Assembly (NCBI GenBank): GCA_951406725.2
Contig: OX597817.1
Location: forward strand, 59,954,001 to 60,018,000
DNA length: 64,000 bases
Source of the DNA: Octopus vulgaris
Taxonomy: Eukaryota
Reading direction: 5' to 3'
Both the position numbers and the translations under genes were made by a program. The notes beneath the pieces were generated by a model. The model saw nothing but the letters and a program-made list of their open reading frames with translations. It did not search any database and had not been told where the DNA came from. This document shows positions 26,389-39,489 of the stretch, one piece after another. Position 1 is the stretch's first letter; every line of letters begins with the position of its first letter.

Positions 26389-28094
26389 TACCTATAATTT
26401 TAAAGTTGTTCTGGTTTGAGCGTAAGGCACTATGGTAAGACTGAACACAAACATATATACGATATAATATGGAGTTGCCAGTTAATAAGAACATATTTAG
26501 ATCACTTAAAAAGAACGAGGTCCTAATGTTAATGTTTTGCTAAATACATTGATTTCGATGTTCAGTAGAAGGTATCAGATAATATATATTTTAGCACGAA
26601 ACTCTCAGACCTTGAGTCACTCAGTTACTTCTGCTAGATATTATTAATATATATACTCATATTTTGAGTTCCATTTTTCCTGTTTGCGCCAACATACATA
26701 GGTGCTTATGTATTTGAGCCCCCTCGTCAAACAAACGGTGTCCATTTCCAATCTTCCATGGGAAACATGCGGGTGTTAGCGACAGAAAGAGCATCTTTGC
26801 TCGTAAAATATTAGCCTCGACGAATTCCGTCTGACCCATGCATGCAAGGAAAAGTAGATATTAAAACGATGACGATACACAGTATCCCAAATCCTGCAGT
26901 TTAGGTCGCTTCGAATTCGCCACCGTCAATATTTATATTCAAGTTGAAAAAGAACAGTGGTTCTATGAATAAAGAAGCAGCAATTTGTGACAATGAGAAA
27001 CAAATATCAAGACAATGCAATTTACGGTGGATTCAAGAATAAAGATGAATAGAAGGAGAGGGAGAAGATTTTCAGAACTAGATGCAATTTAAAAGTTTTA
27101 CAGCAAAAAGGTCCGAGAATATGCCGAGTCAACAGCCATTGAAAATGATGAGCAATTCCCAAAAAAGAACGTTTCCATATTTCTATAAAAAATGTCTAAG
27201 TGACGGTTTGCGACGGGAAGGGCATCCAGCCGTAGGAAATCCGCCTCCAGAAAATTCCGTCCGACCCATGCTAGCATGGGAAAAGTGGACGTTAAACCGA
27301 TGAGGATTATATACAAGTACCGCAGGGGCTTGTGCGTTTACAGTCGGGTAGTTTAGAAACTTATGCATTAGTATGATTTTTTTTTCAGCGATAAAATAGT
27401 TATGTTTGAATACCAAAGTAAAAAAAAAAAACTTGTGTTTTAAGACTGGCATATTTTTATATTCAGGTCCCGAAGGCGCTAATGGGATAACTATTAAAAG
27501 GCACCAACAAATACGAATACACAAAATAGTTTGAAATTACCACAAATATGTATAAAGATCTGTAATTGTCAATTTATAACCAACTGGAACAGATTTTACA
27601 TAATCCTAATTTTTAAGTCTGTAGAAACAAAATCTCTTAAAAGACACGAATTCACATCAAGAAGGTTGCAAGTCAAATACAAAAACGAAATCACTTTACT
27701 ACGAACCCTAAAATGTCAATTTTCTCTTAGAACCAGGGGTCAGATACAGCATCAATTAATTGCTAGTTACATAGATTGTAGGTACAAGGATTTTGCATTC
27801 CAACTTAATCTAAACTGATATTCTAATATCAGTAATCTTAAAAGGTGAAGAGGGGCCGATTACATAAAGCAAGTGTCCAACAGGTACTTTGCTGTTAGGA
27901 CGAAACGGCAAAGTAAACTTCGGCGGGATTAGAACTTAGAGCATAAAAACAGCCGGAAGAAACACCGCTAAGCATTTTGTCCGGAGTGCTAACGATCCTA
28001 CCAGTTTGCTGTCTTTGAACAAAATCTAAACTGCAATGTAAAACAAGGCCGGTCGGTAGAATCATGCAGGCATTTACTTCCGCTGGTTTCTCTC

Positions 28095-28420
28095 AATCGT
28101 TGACATGGGGAGGTTTTTATATATGTTTCATGTTATTTAATTACATCACAACTATGGAGAGATGTACAAATGCGTGAAAATGCGAAATATTTGTACGGAA
28201 AGATATATTAGTGTCTCAATTTGCCGCAACTAACAATATACGGGACATGGTTAATGTGAAATGTGACAATTATTTTGGCGCCGGGCAAAGCGCGCATGTC
28301 CGAGGCTGAACATGTGACAACATCCAGTGTGAAGATACGCGAAAGACTGTTCGATCCTTTTTCTGTGAAGCTCGGAGGATCAAATCACACGAATTGTAAA
28401 CAAATAGTCCCTTATCTCAT
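28095..28420. promoter_or_regulatory. Copy 2 of the duplicated non-coding module
   Basis: Same blocks in the same order and orientation as 22265-22600; spacers cannot be aligned. Confidence 0.6.
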
Positions 28421-31353
28421 TGATAAGAGAGACTGACTGTGAAGGGCACGGATTCCTTAAAGAAGAGGTTGACAGTAAAGTTGGAAGAGGGGGAAACAAA
28501 AAGCAATCACAATGGAAATGAAATAAAAATCAATGAAACAAGATGAGTTTAGATAAAAACAAAAGAAAAAGGGTTGGCATCTAGTGTGAGAATTGAAACT
28601 GAGGAGAGAAAACGTTCTTGTTTTACAAGAAATATTGCTAACAACTTGATGGCTACGCGCCAAAATAGCAAAAGCAAATTTTTTGATAGATATATCAGAC
28701 CTGTTTTACGGTTAGCTCTGGGAAATATTTTCTTTTGCTAGATTTATCAGCTGCAATGATTAATTCCAACATGAAGAAGGATTAAATTTATAGAGCAGAA
28801 GAGTAACAATGATCGCGTGTGACGACGTCCATAACTTGCTTCAAGGACGTGAAAAGAAAGAAAAATCGGTTACCCTGGAGAATGGAAACTGAAGCTTTTA
28901 AAGACCGGGATTAAACGATTAGATCAAATCCATTTGTCAATCGGATTCACCGGTTCTCATTCGATCGGTACCGACATGCTTAGGAGTCGTTTAAACTAAA
29001 TTAGAATACAACGATGTTTATATTGAGTTGCAATTTACTCGTAAATTTTTTGCTCCTAAAGCAACAATCGTACATCAGATAAATGTCACTGAGAAAACAA
29101 ACCGATATACAATGGGGATGTATATTGATTTCGGTGAACCTTTCTCGAAAGTACCAGCAAATAAATAACACGAAATTCATTATCTCTACATAATGTTCTA
29201 TGACGCAGCGAGTTCTTCACTCAAATACAAGACACATTACGAACAAACAGTGACACACTTTCGCCCAAATTACCTTATCAAAAACACCGAAAAAACAAAA
29301 CGAAATAAGGAACCGATAGTTCTTCCAATATTTCATAATGCCAACACTATCGGATAACACGAAAGAGAAAAAATAGGGTAAATCAAGAACCAAGCAGCAC
29401 CAAAACAAAACTGTTTTCTATGTTACATGCATATATACACCCAGGCGTATATATATATGACATACATACAAGCACGTGAAACAGACATGAGTACACGCCT
29501 AGATAGATATATACACACAGCACGTATCGCGAAATGTTTCATTGCTAACGCAGCCTTCATCCTTTCGCCATATTCTCAATCGCGCCGGTCTTTTAAATCA
29601 TTAGAAGAAGAGATTGAAGAACAAGGGGACATGTCTACGAAATGTCTATTTCCTATACATCAAACAAACCCGTCGCTTTCATATTCCACAATCGTCAGCA
29701 TTAATTTCTTAAAAACTGAATCGAATTAGACTGAAATACATTTGGCCACATTTCCCCCTTTTCCTTCCTCGCGATACGTATATAACGCATAAACAAAGCC
29801 TCAGAGGTGCATGGCTTGTTTTATAAATAAGCCAAGTTAGTGTACCATAAAAGTATGAAACTGTTAGCTCTTTCAGTTCTGTATTAAATTGATACACAGA
29901 CATCTCTTTTCGTTATCCGTAACGATAGAATTTCCTTCCTCTCCAAAGCACCCCGAATTTTCAACCTATATATATGTGTGTGGTTGTTGGAAACTATACA
30001 TTGCTAATACACGAAACTTTCGGCCCTTCACTCATCCACTAACTTTTCCCCCGATTTTATATATATATATATAATTCCAAAATGACGATTATATATGTAA
30101 AAAAAGGTGGAGGAAATACGCGGTCATGCAAAAAAAAAAAAAGAGAGAGAGAGAAGAGGAAGAAGCTGACTTTTTGGTGGCGGTAATCAAGTGTGAAGGA
30201 AATGCGAAATGAGGAAGGAAGTCCATCTAATCAAACAGAAATCACCTATTTTACACCGAAGAAGCATATTTAAATAAACACTGCTATTGTGTTACATAAC
30301 ATGGAATTGGGTTTTAATGGTCAGAAAGACTAAAAGGTGGGCAATTGGAGATGAAGTCTTTGGAGGGGTTTAAATATATCATTCTCCAGCATCTTGATGG
30401 ATACCTAACATACACTCACTCACACAGGTCCTTTCATTAAAGGATTATATTTTAATTGCTTATACGTTTTTACATCCATTATTATTATCGTTAGAAGAAA
30501 AGGTGTTATATCTCTTAAAATTTAGACACTAAAAATATTTTTAATATAATTAACTTCCCCACATTTTTCCTATCTAAAGATTATCAGATAATTCATTGCT
30601 AAGGTAAAAATGGAAACTTATTATTTTCTAAAATGAATAAATATGCAGTTATAAAAAAAAAGGCCACACTGATATTTTTTTTAACAGAAAAGAGATGGCA
30701 AAATAGTATCAACAGAATTATACGGGTTTAAAAATAAAGAAGTGTCACTAAAATGGCAGGCAAGGCCTAGATTGTGAACGAAATTGTAAAAATATGAAGG
30801 GTAGGTTTGTGGAAGATACACGATGAAAGTCAAGTGAAATGGTGGCAGACGTTTAATTAAACCGGCTAAATGCTAATTATAAATGTATATTTTATGCATA
30901 AATGTATATTCCTGATAATGATCGATATTAAAGTATATAAATGTGAAGTGCGTATGATATTTGTGTGGTTAGAAATGCTGTAATGCCGTGTCTCGTTGCT
31001 ACCATGTCTTCTAACAGAGAACATGACGGCAAACCATGGTTATGACGACGACGGCGGCCGGCATTGACGCACACAAATCATTCTGATGTCTTCTAGTGAA
31101 AAAAAAATAGTTGGCTGTTAGAATAATTGTAGGATGTTTCATATACATTACAAATGACACAGAAAAGTGGTGGAGGATGGTGAAGAAAAAAAAAACAATT
31201 AAATTGGAAAGAAAACTACAAAAAATGACGAGGGGGGGGGAGCAACTAAAAATAATGTCAATTTCAATCGGGTATTATTTGTTTTAATTTGATAATTAAC
31301 AATCGACTATTATGACAAACAGACTGCCAAGTCTTGTAATATATACACTCGTC

Positions 31354-31415
31354 CATATATATATGTATATATATACGTATGTATATATATCTATGTATAT
31401 ATATATCTATGTATG

Positions 31416-31446
<31 letters not shown>

Positions 31447-31508
31447 CTATATCTATATATATATATATCTATATATATATCTATATATATATATATCTAT
31501 GTATGTAT

Positions 31509-31541
<33 letters not shown>

Positions 31542-31567
31542 CATATATATACATGTGTATACACACA
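31354..31567. repeat. Compound (TA)n/(TATG)/(TATC) microsatellite
   Basis: Directly visible; source of the YIYIYI ORFs. Confidence 0.95.
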
Positions 31568-32139
31568 GATATGGTCCAAGACAATAAAGCAACCGGCGGA
31601 AATAGGTTTACAGAGATGGTGAGGGGGGGCATCATGTACATTAACCACAAATTGCTCTGAGATCTAAACTGTGCCATTGTATTCAATGTGTTAGCATCTT
31701 ATTTCGACTGTAGAAAAATATATTTCGACAAATATGACGCATTTTGGGAACTAAAAGTGTTTTGGGGGGTTTAACAGAATCAATTAAATATGAAAACAGG
31801 AGGGAAGAAGGGGCGAGCTGAGGGTTCGGGTTTCCATCTTTTTTTTTTTTTCTCACATCACGATTTATCTATCAAGAAAATTTACGTGTTTCTTAATTAC
31901 AACAAAAGGTTACATAATGTAGATTAATTAGGAAAAAGCAGAGGGAAATAATAGTGGAAAAAGAGGAGAAAATATGATGAATTGTTCGACGAGAACAAAC
32001 GATCCCCGACATTGCGACAACTCCATTATGTGGTGGGGAGGGGAGGTCAGAGAACAAAAGAAAGCGATGCGTTGCGCAAAATCTTGAACATGGAAATTAT
32101 TTTAAAAAATTATTTTCAAAAATGTCCAAAATCACCTAC

Positions 32140-32330
32140 CAATTCTATGAATCTAGGGACTTTCTATAGAGTTTTACAGTTTATGGCGAGCAAATCACAT
32201 AGAAATGTCTGGATTTCAATTCCACGAAATATTGGCCGTCCTGAATTGTCTCCCTTGAAGCGACAAACGTGGTTTACGGACATTGTGATTGGTCGAAAGA
32301 GTGCTAGAAAGCGAGGCTCTGATTGGTTCC
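32140..32330 (-). promoter_or_regulatory. Candidate promoter and first exon of the zinc-finger gene (three CCAAT boxes)
   Basis: ATTGG on + (CCAAT on -) at 32231, 32288 and 32322 in CpG-containing, repeat-free sequence. Donor TTG|gtaggt at 32140/32139. Confidence 0.55.
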
Positions 32331-33518
32331 TGTCATTTCTTCTCTTTTCTAATCATGTCTTTCTCTCTCTCGCTATCTATCTGTCTATTTCCCGGCCTTG
32401 CAACCTTTTCTACTATCTATCTATCTCTTTCGTTCTCTCTATATCTATCTATTTATCTGTCTATCTCTCTCTCTCTCTAAGTAAGGGTTTCTGTAAATTA
32501 ACATATCGTTTCTTTGCCATAAAATTAAACTTGGTTGGAAGGAACTGCATGTCTGTGTCAAATGTCTAAAATATCGGCATTTCTCTAAATTATCTTTGTA
32601 TTTACGATCGGCTTGTTATAAAAATATATCTCTGTGTTCAACGGAATCAGACATGCTTCTTTTTTCTTTCTATTTTCGTCCTCAATGTCTTCTCCACACG
32701 AGAAGCTGAGTGTAACCCAAACACTGACTTCTCTTCTATGATAATTCCGTTCACATCTTGGATGCTTTATAAGGAATATTAAATTGACATCAATACTTGC
32801 CTAGTATTTCATTTTATCAATCCGGGAAGAATTATATTTAAAAAATAGACAATTTAAAAAGAAACACCGATTCTTCATGTCATGGCCTTTAAACCCACTA
32901 GAAAAATACCAAGACCGACAAACGTCATTAAATTTTTCGAAACAAATAATAAAGCTTCAAAATTGTATATTTAACTGTTTTAGTATACAATATGTTTTTA
33001 ACTACAATAATGATCCAATATTTTGGTGGTTCCAACAGGAATTCTTGAATGTATATATTTTTATAGTTATCCATTTATGCTTTAAAAAAGTATTAAGTTC
33101 ACACGGGAGAAACATTATTATTTCTTTCGTTAGAACATTTAATGATATTTGTATTTTATTCTGGTTTATGTTTGTGTTTCCAGTTATTTAGCTTTTTAAA
33201 CTTAAGCCATTGGACTGCGGCCATGCTGGGGCATTGCCTTTAATTATCCTATCCGTCTCTTTTACCGACTATCAAGCTATCATTCTATAAGTTCCAACTC
33301 AAATGTGAGAGGGACAGTCATTAATAACCACCTTCACCAAAGCATTGCATCTCTCTCTCTCTCTCTTTCCTTAATAATAACGGATGGTTTCTCTAAGCCA
33401 AATAAACCAGATCTATTTGGGGGTCTATTCTCCTATTATCACTCACCAGTGCACCCTCACTCTTGAGAAATTTGCTAAAAACAGTGCTGCACTTCCACAT
33501 CAGCAAAACAATTGACTG

Positions 33519-33735
33519 TCATCATCATCATCGTTTAACGTCCGCTTTCCATGCTAGCATGGGTTGGACGATTTTGACTGAGGGCTGGCGAACCAGATGG
33601 CTGCATCAGGCTTCAATCTTGATCTGGCAGGGTTTCTACAGCTGGATGCCCTTCCTAACATTAACCACTCCGAGAGTGTAGTGGGTGCTTTTACGTACCA
33701 CTCACAGAGTGGTTGGCACGTAAAAGCACCTGGCA
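33519..33735 (-). mobile_element. RTE-type SINE-like retroposon
   Basis: Near-identical to 3839-4100. Confidence 0.85.
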
Positions 33736-34120
33736 TAGAAATCTCCAATCAATTACTATTGGTGCTATCAATCTCTCATCTTTGAGAATGAAGACTCCAG
33801 TCAGATTGTACCACCATGGCATGTACTGATAAAGGAATCTGATTCACACTATCAACTCTGATGATCCTAGGGTTTGGCTTGGTCTGGTTTCCCTCACTCT
33901 TTCTCTGATGAAGTGGAAACCTAGAAAATTTACCTGGCTTTATTTGCATTAAGTTATCCATAGTCTTCACTGAAACACAGACAAGATGACATAATTCATA
34001 AACCAGTTCTCTACTTTTATTCCTTCTACATGTACGCAGTGATCGTTCTAATCCTGGATATCAGTCAGTTTTCTTCACAGATTTTTTCTTTCAGTTTATA
34101 CAAATGCAAATGGAGTTCAC

Positions 34121-34363
34121 TGGCACGTGTAAAAAGATTCGAGTGTGGCTGTTGCCAGAACCGCCTGACTGGCCTCTGTGCCGGTGGCACGTAAAAAGCA
34201 CCCACTACACTCTTGGAGTGGTTGGCGTTACGAATGGCATCCAGCTGTGGAAACTGCCAGATCAAGATTGGAGCCAGGTGCAGACATCTGGTTCGCCAGC
34301 CCTCAGTCATTCGTCCAACCCATGCTAGCATGAAAAGCGGACGTTAAACGATGGTGATGATGA
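34121..34363 (+). mobile_element. RTE-type SINE-like retroposon
   Basis: Inverted partner of 33519-33735. Confidence 0.85.
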
Positions 34364-34599
34364 GGATAATGATGTCATGCAAGAAACCATGCCAAAGCAG
34401 ACACTGCAGCACAACATGGATCTCTTGGACTCATCAGATCCTGTTTAACTATCTGACCCATACCATTATGGAACCTAGATGTTAAACGATGATGATATCT
34501 CAAAGACCTGCTTGCCATCATTTGCAACAACCCCATCTCCAACACAACCTTTAGTCTTCCTTAATCTTCCTCATCCAAAGCATCATTCAAATGCCACCT

Positions 34600-34970
34600 G
34601 AAAACCTCACACTAAAACTGCACAGACTTCATGAACAAAGGCACGGAAAGCATTCTCAAAATGGAGTCATGCTGATTGTCTTCATCTATCCAATAACACA
34701 ACCACAACGCACGTCCCAAGGAAACAATATCATCCTTATCTCTTAAACAAGAACAACATACATCTAGAACTCACTTGAATGCTAGATCTCACTCAGTACA
34801 GTAATCTCTCATCCTCAAAGTAAGCTGATCTTATGCCACCTCCACTCTCCTTGTCTTGTCATCCATATTGTGCTCTTGCACCTATACTTAACAAAGCAAC
34901 CCTCTCATACAAGAATCTCCTGGCTAAGCTACCTGCCTATGGACTTCATCCAGCTCTTGTTTCTCAACCT
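34600..34970 (+). mobile_element. Degenerate non-LTR reverse transcriptase fragment
   Basis: KNLLAKLPAYGLHPAL resembles the LLxKLxxYG segment after the DLSKAFD motif; heavily decayed, boundaries approximate. Confidence 0.4.
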
Positions 34971-35829
34971 ATTATATAAAGAGCAGTGAGAATTCTGAGT
35001 GAGATCTGGTTGTTATTTGTTACATGGTTGAGCAACCCTGCAGAGGGCTTCCTTGTGTGTAAGAAGAGAGGCAGCTGCATTGAGATGCATTATGCAAATG
35101 GTTGACATCTGCTTGGTGAAAATGTGCTGAGTGTTAACAGTGGAGGGTAATCTGATAACCACATGCCTACAGCAGAAGAAGGTACCCAGATGAAGACTGA
35201 CAATGGAAGAGTTTGATCCAAGAATGCTAGATTGTTTCCTGTTTTAAACAAGCAAGGAAATATTACATGAAAGACCCCTAGATACCCTTAAAACAGGGAT
35301 GGATTGATTTTATCAGAGACTCAATCTCAATTAAAATTAACTTGAGGTTAAACAACAACAATATACCAAGACAAAGTCAAGGGTTTCTTTCGGTTATTTT
35401 TTCCCCCCTTTTAAGCATACATTAGATGTGTGCAAGTCCCAGTCAAGTATTAAGATTGATCTAATTCACATCCTTTTGTGGCCTTGTGTCTCAGTTAGAA
35501 ATCTATTAATAATAGCTATTGAAACACCAGTAACAGTAGCTTACTGATATTTTAAACAGTTCTGTGCAACTGGAACTGGAGATAATTTTAGTCATATTTG
35601 TTGGCAGTGTGGCAAAATTAATTTCATGTTGAAACTGCAAAAAAAGGGAAGAGCTTGCCAAATTGCCAAAATGGCCCAAAATAATAATAATAATAATATG
35701 TAAGCACTGAAATGCTGCTTCTATTGTTTGGATGTTTGCCAAGTGAAAAAATTCCATCTTCTTACAAATGCTTACAGAATTTTCATCTTATTCTGTTATT
35801 CAATTTGCACTAAAATTATATTTATATAA

Positions 35830-36270
35830 TTGGCTGAGTGGTTACGTTGCTTACTTTGCAACCCTGTGGTTTTGGGTTCAGTCCCAGTGTGTGACACCTT
35901 GAGCAAGTGTCTTCTACTATAGCTTTGGGTTGACCAATGCCTAACAAGTGAATTTGGTTGATGGAAACTGAAAGAAGTGTCTTGTGTGTATATGTGTATG
36001 CAAGTGTATGTGTGTGTGTGTATGCAAGTGTATGTGTGTGTCCTTTTCTTGATATTGCATGGTAGTTGTAAATGATTGTCTGTGTTATATAAGCAGTGAC
36101 ATTCATTTCCAATATTCTGTGAAAATATGTCTGACCATGGGGAAATATGACCTTGCTTGAAAATGAGTGGAGGTTGGTGAGAGGAAAGGCACCCAGCAGT
36201 ATAAGACCTGCCTCAACGAATTCCATCTGACCCATGCAGCATGGAAAGGTGGACATTAAAATAATGACAA
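35830..36270 (+). mobile_element. CORE-like SINE head joined to an RTE-type tail
   Basis: Same head as 38020 but ends in acccatgcagcatggaaaggtggacattaaaataatga. Similar copies at 655-1005, 7335-7697, 14935-15265, 19490-19810 (+) and 6860-7090, 17330-17605, 51500-51820 (-). Confidence 0.75.
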
Positions 36271-38019
36271 TAGTGACACCCTGTTAGCAACCCAAGGGTT
36301 CATCACGGTTCTGTATATATTCAAGGGTGTCACTGTGGTGTCCATGGCCAAGACACGACTCTTTCTGGTAAAGTCCACCAAATGAAAGAAAAGATGTTTC
36401 ATGGGTCACTAGAAGACAGCAGACATTAGATGATGACAATGAAGATATGTAGACAGCACGAGCTTCTGTGCAGTTTTCATCTCTTAAAGTCGCTCATTGG
36501 TTGGCCTGTGGTTATAGAAGAAGACATTTTCCTGAAACTAGTTGAGAAATGAACTTCTTCAACACTCAACTACGCTTACACCAGGAAAAGAAAACAAGAA
36601 CACAAAAATAATAACATGGGTCAATAAATAACGTTTTCAGTTTACTAGGTATGGGAGATAACTCTGGGTATAGTTCAGTCTTCTTGCGACTCTGAGAAGC
36701 AGAACCACAACTGTATTTGTCAAAATGGTTACGAAGGAACCAATGAATGAAAATACAAAACTGTAGTGTCTTTTTTTTTCTTTTGACATAGGATAACAAA
36801 ATGGTTTAGGAATTGAATTATTCAGTAATACTACCTGCACGAGAAAAAAATAAACCATGAAGAAATATTTGCTGCTTTCTTTTTGAAATGGAAAGTTTCA
36901 TTCTAAGTGCATAATAATGTTGAGTATTGCATTTTTTTCATGATTAAAGATTAAAGTAATTTATGGACAATGATTGAGACAAAGTCAATTTGGTAAGAAA
37001 GTACTAAAGGACCGACATAGTCAGAGATAGGAATATATTTTGAGGTAAATGCATTCTTTTATGAATAACCGTTAAATATAAAACTTCATAATAAATACAT
37101 AAACATGATAAATTTAAGTATTTTTCCATTTATTGAAAAAAAAAAAATGAACAGCTTTAATCAATTTTTGACCCTTGGTGAGATCTGCTCAGTGACATCT
37201 TACAGCACTTGATGAATCAAAGAGAAACACTCAGCCAAGCTGTTTCTATACACAACAAATCCAGTAGCCCCAGAGAATAGGAGGGACTAATTTGCATACG
37301 ATAAGTGTTTCAGGCTTTATTTGATATCAGCAGCCTATTGACAGGGATCACATCTGACACAATATCAAGGTATGATGTCATATATAAAAGCACGTAGTAG
37401 ACACACACTTACAGCAAATTCAACTGTTTCTCTATGGACTGAAGAAAATAATAAGTTATATGGTAAGCTGTAAGTTTTGTAGATTACCATTATAAACACA
37501 TGGAGTCCCCTGATGAACAGTTAGTATAAGGGAGATAAACATTTCTTCACAATGTTTGGTGGGAATAAATAATATGCATAGGATATACATATTTTTAGTT
37601 TACTTATTATGAAGGTTTTAAATTCTTAGTCTTTGCCAATTATGTATAGCTTCTTGTCATTCTTTTTAGAAATCATCAACATAACCCAAGCTATATAAAT
37701 TAACTGTTTTATAAAATGAGACAATTATTATAGATGGAAAATATTAACAGTCTGGATATAAATTGTATAAGTAACTGACTTGTTTTAAGACCTGTGAAAA
37801 GCTATAAATCGGTAGAGTTATCAGATGGAATGCCTTGCTGCATTTGTACTGAATCACTGTACTCTGAGTTCAAATTCCACCTAAGTCAACTTTGTTTTTA
37901 TCATTTCAGAGTCAATATCAAAGCACCAGCCCAGATAGTGGACTGGCAATACTGTTAGGAGGGATACTTTAACTTGTTAGCATTTAAACTGGCACCAAAA
38001 TTCAAAGTGAATAAACAGG

Positions 38020-38406
38020 TGCAGGAGTGGCTGTGTGGTAAGTAGCTTGCTAACCAACCACATGGTTCCAGGTTCAGTCCCACTGCTTGGCACCTTGGGC
38101 AAGTGTCTTCTACTATAGCCTCAGGCCGACCAAAGCCTTGGGAGTGGATTTGGTAGATGGAAACTGAAAGAAGCCTGTCGTATATATGTATATATATATG
38201 CGTGTGTTTGTCCCCCTAACATTGCTTGACAACCGATGCTGGTGTGTTTATGTCCCTGTCACTTAGTGGTTCGGCAAAAGAGATCGATAGAATAAGTACT
38301 GGGCTTACAAAGAATAAGTCCCGGGGTCGAGTTGCTCGACTAAAGGCGGTGCTCCAGCATGGCCGCAGTCAAATGACTGAAACAAGTAAAAGAGTAAAAG
38401 AGAGTA
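38020..38406 (+). mobile_element. Full-length tRNA-derived CORE-like SINE (octopus OR-type)
   Basis: A-box tggctgtgtgg, B-box ggttcagtccc, CORE-like ggcaccttgggcaagtgtcttct, internal (TA)/(TG) run, tail gaaacaagtaaaagagtaaaagag. Confidence 0.85.
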
Positions 38407-38735
38407 AGCCTTACATCTGAGAAAGTAGTATGAATGTTAAAGTTTTAAGCTTTTGGTACTTAACAAATATCACATTGTACTGACCTTGCTAATTCCTTGG
38501 ACATCGTCTAATATAGGAAGAGGAATTCACATTTATTGGCTACTATTTGTCTCCTGGGATAAACTTTGCCCAAGCCTGCACCTTGGAATGGAACTTTCCA
38601 TTTCTGTATCTTAATTCATGTAAATACATCATTGAAGGTAAATCACTCTGATATTTTGTTCCTTTTTCAATGTATGTGACGTGTTTAACCCTTCAGCATC
38701 TAGATTACTCTGTCAAATACTTATTTATTCACATC

Positions 38736-39121
38736 TCTCTTTCTCTTTCTCTCTTTTACTTGTTTCAGTCATTTGACTGCAGCCATGCTGGAGCACCACC
38801 TTTAATCGAGCAACTCGACCCTGGGACTTATTCTTTTGTAAGTCTAGTACATATTCTATCGGTCTCTTTTGTCGAACCGCTAGGTAACGGGGACATAAAC
38901 ACACCAGCATTGGTTGTCAAGCAATGCTAGGGGGACAAACACAGACACACACTCATACATATATACGACGGGCTTCTTTCAGTTTCCGTCTACCAAATCC
39001 ACTCACAAGGCTTTGGTCGGCCCGAGGCTATAGTAGAAGACACTTGCTCAAGGTGCCATGCAGTGAGACTGAATCCGGAACCATGTGGTTGGTAAACAAG
39101 CTACTTACCACACAGCCACGC
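38736..39121 (-). mobile_element. Same SINE, inverted, inserted in a family-B MITE
   Basis: Reverse complement of 38020-38406; cacatc is repeated at both flanks. Confidence 0.85.
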
Positions 39122-39489
39122 CACATCGTTTCAAATTATCATTTATTATCTTGTAGCTTCAAGATTCTGATGATGTGATTGTTTGTTTTAGAATGACATT
39201 GCAGGGCAGGTGTGAGAGGCCAGATCTGGTCAGTTCTAAAATAAAACAAGTCAAATATTTGGGCCTGGTATGGTTTCTAAAGTGGATGTCCTTCCTAATG
39301 CCAATCATTTTACAGAGTGTATTGGGTGCTTTTTACGTGGCACCAGCACCAATGCTTTTTATGTGACACCAGCGCGACAGAGTCATCAAGTACCTTGCAA
39401 AACAAAAACCCCTCAACTGAGATGCAGGGGAGTAGTATTGAGGGGGTGTGGCACTGTGCCAGTTGAGAGATTTGATATGGGTCTTTGCT

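Noticed and set aside
29617-29636. p53-like site (GGACATGTCT), tempting because Hzf and Wig-1 are p53 targets
   Set aside because: Only one good half-site; the second is out of register, and such decamers are expected by chance.
31312-31686. Overlapping ORFs rich in YIYIYI (also at 41159-42613 and 46892-47230)
   Set aside because: Translations of (TA)n/(CA)n microsatellites.
31982-32569. Longest ORF in the track (195 aa)
   Set aside because: Non-ATG start, runs through promoter-like sequence and a (TCTA)/(TC) repeat, and has no recognisable domain.
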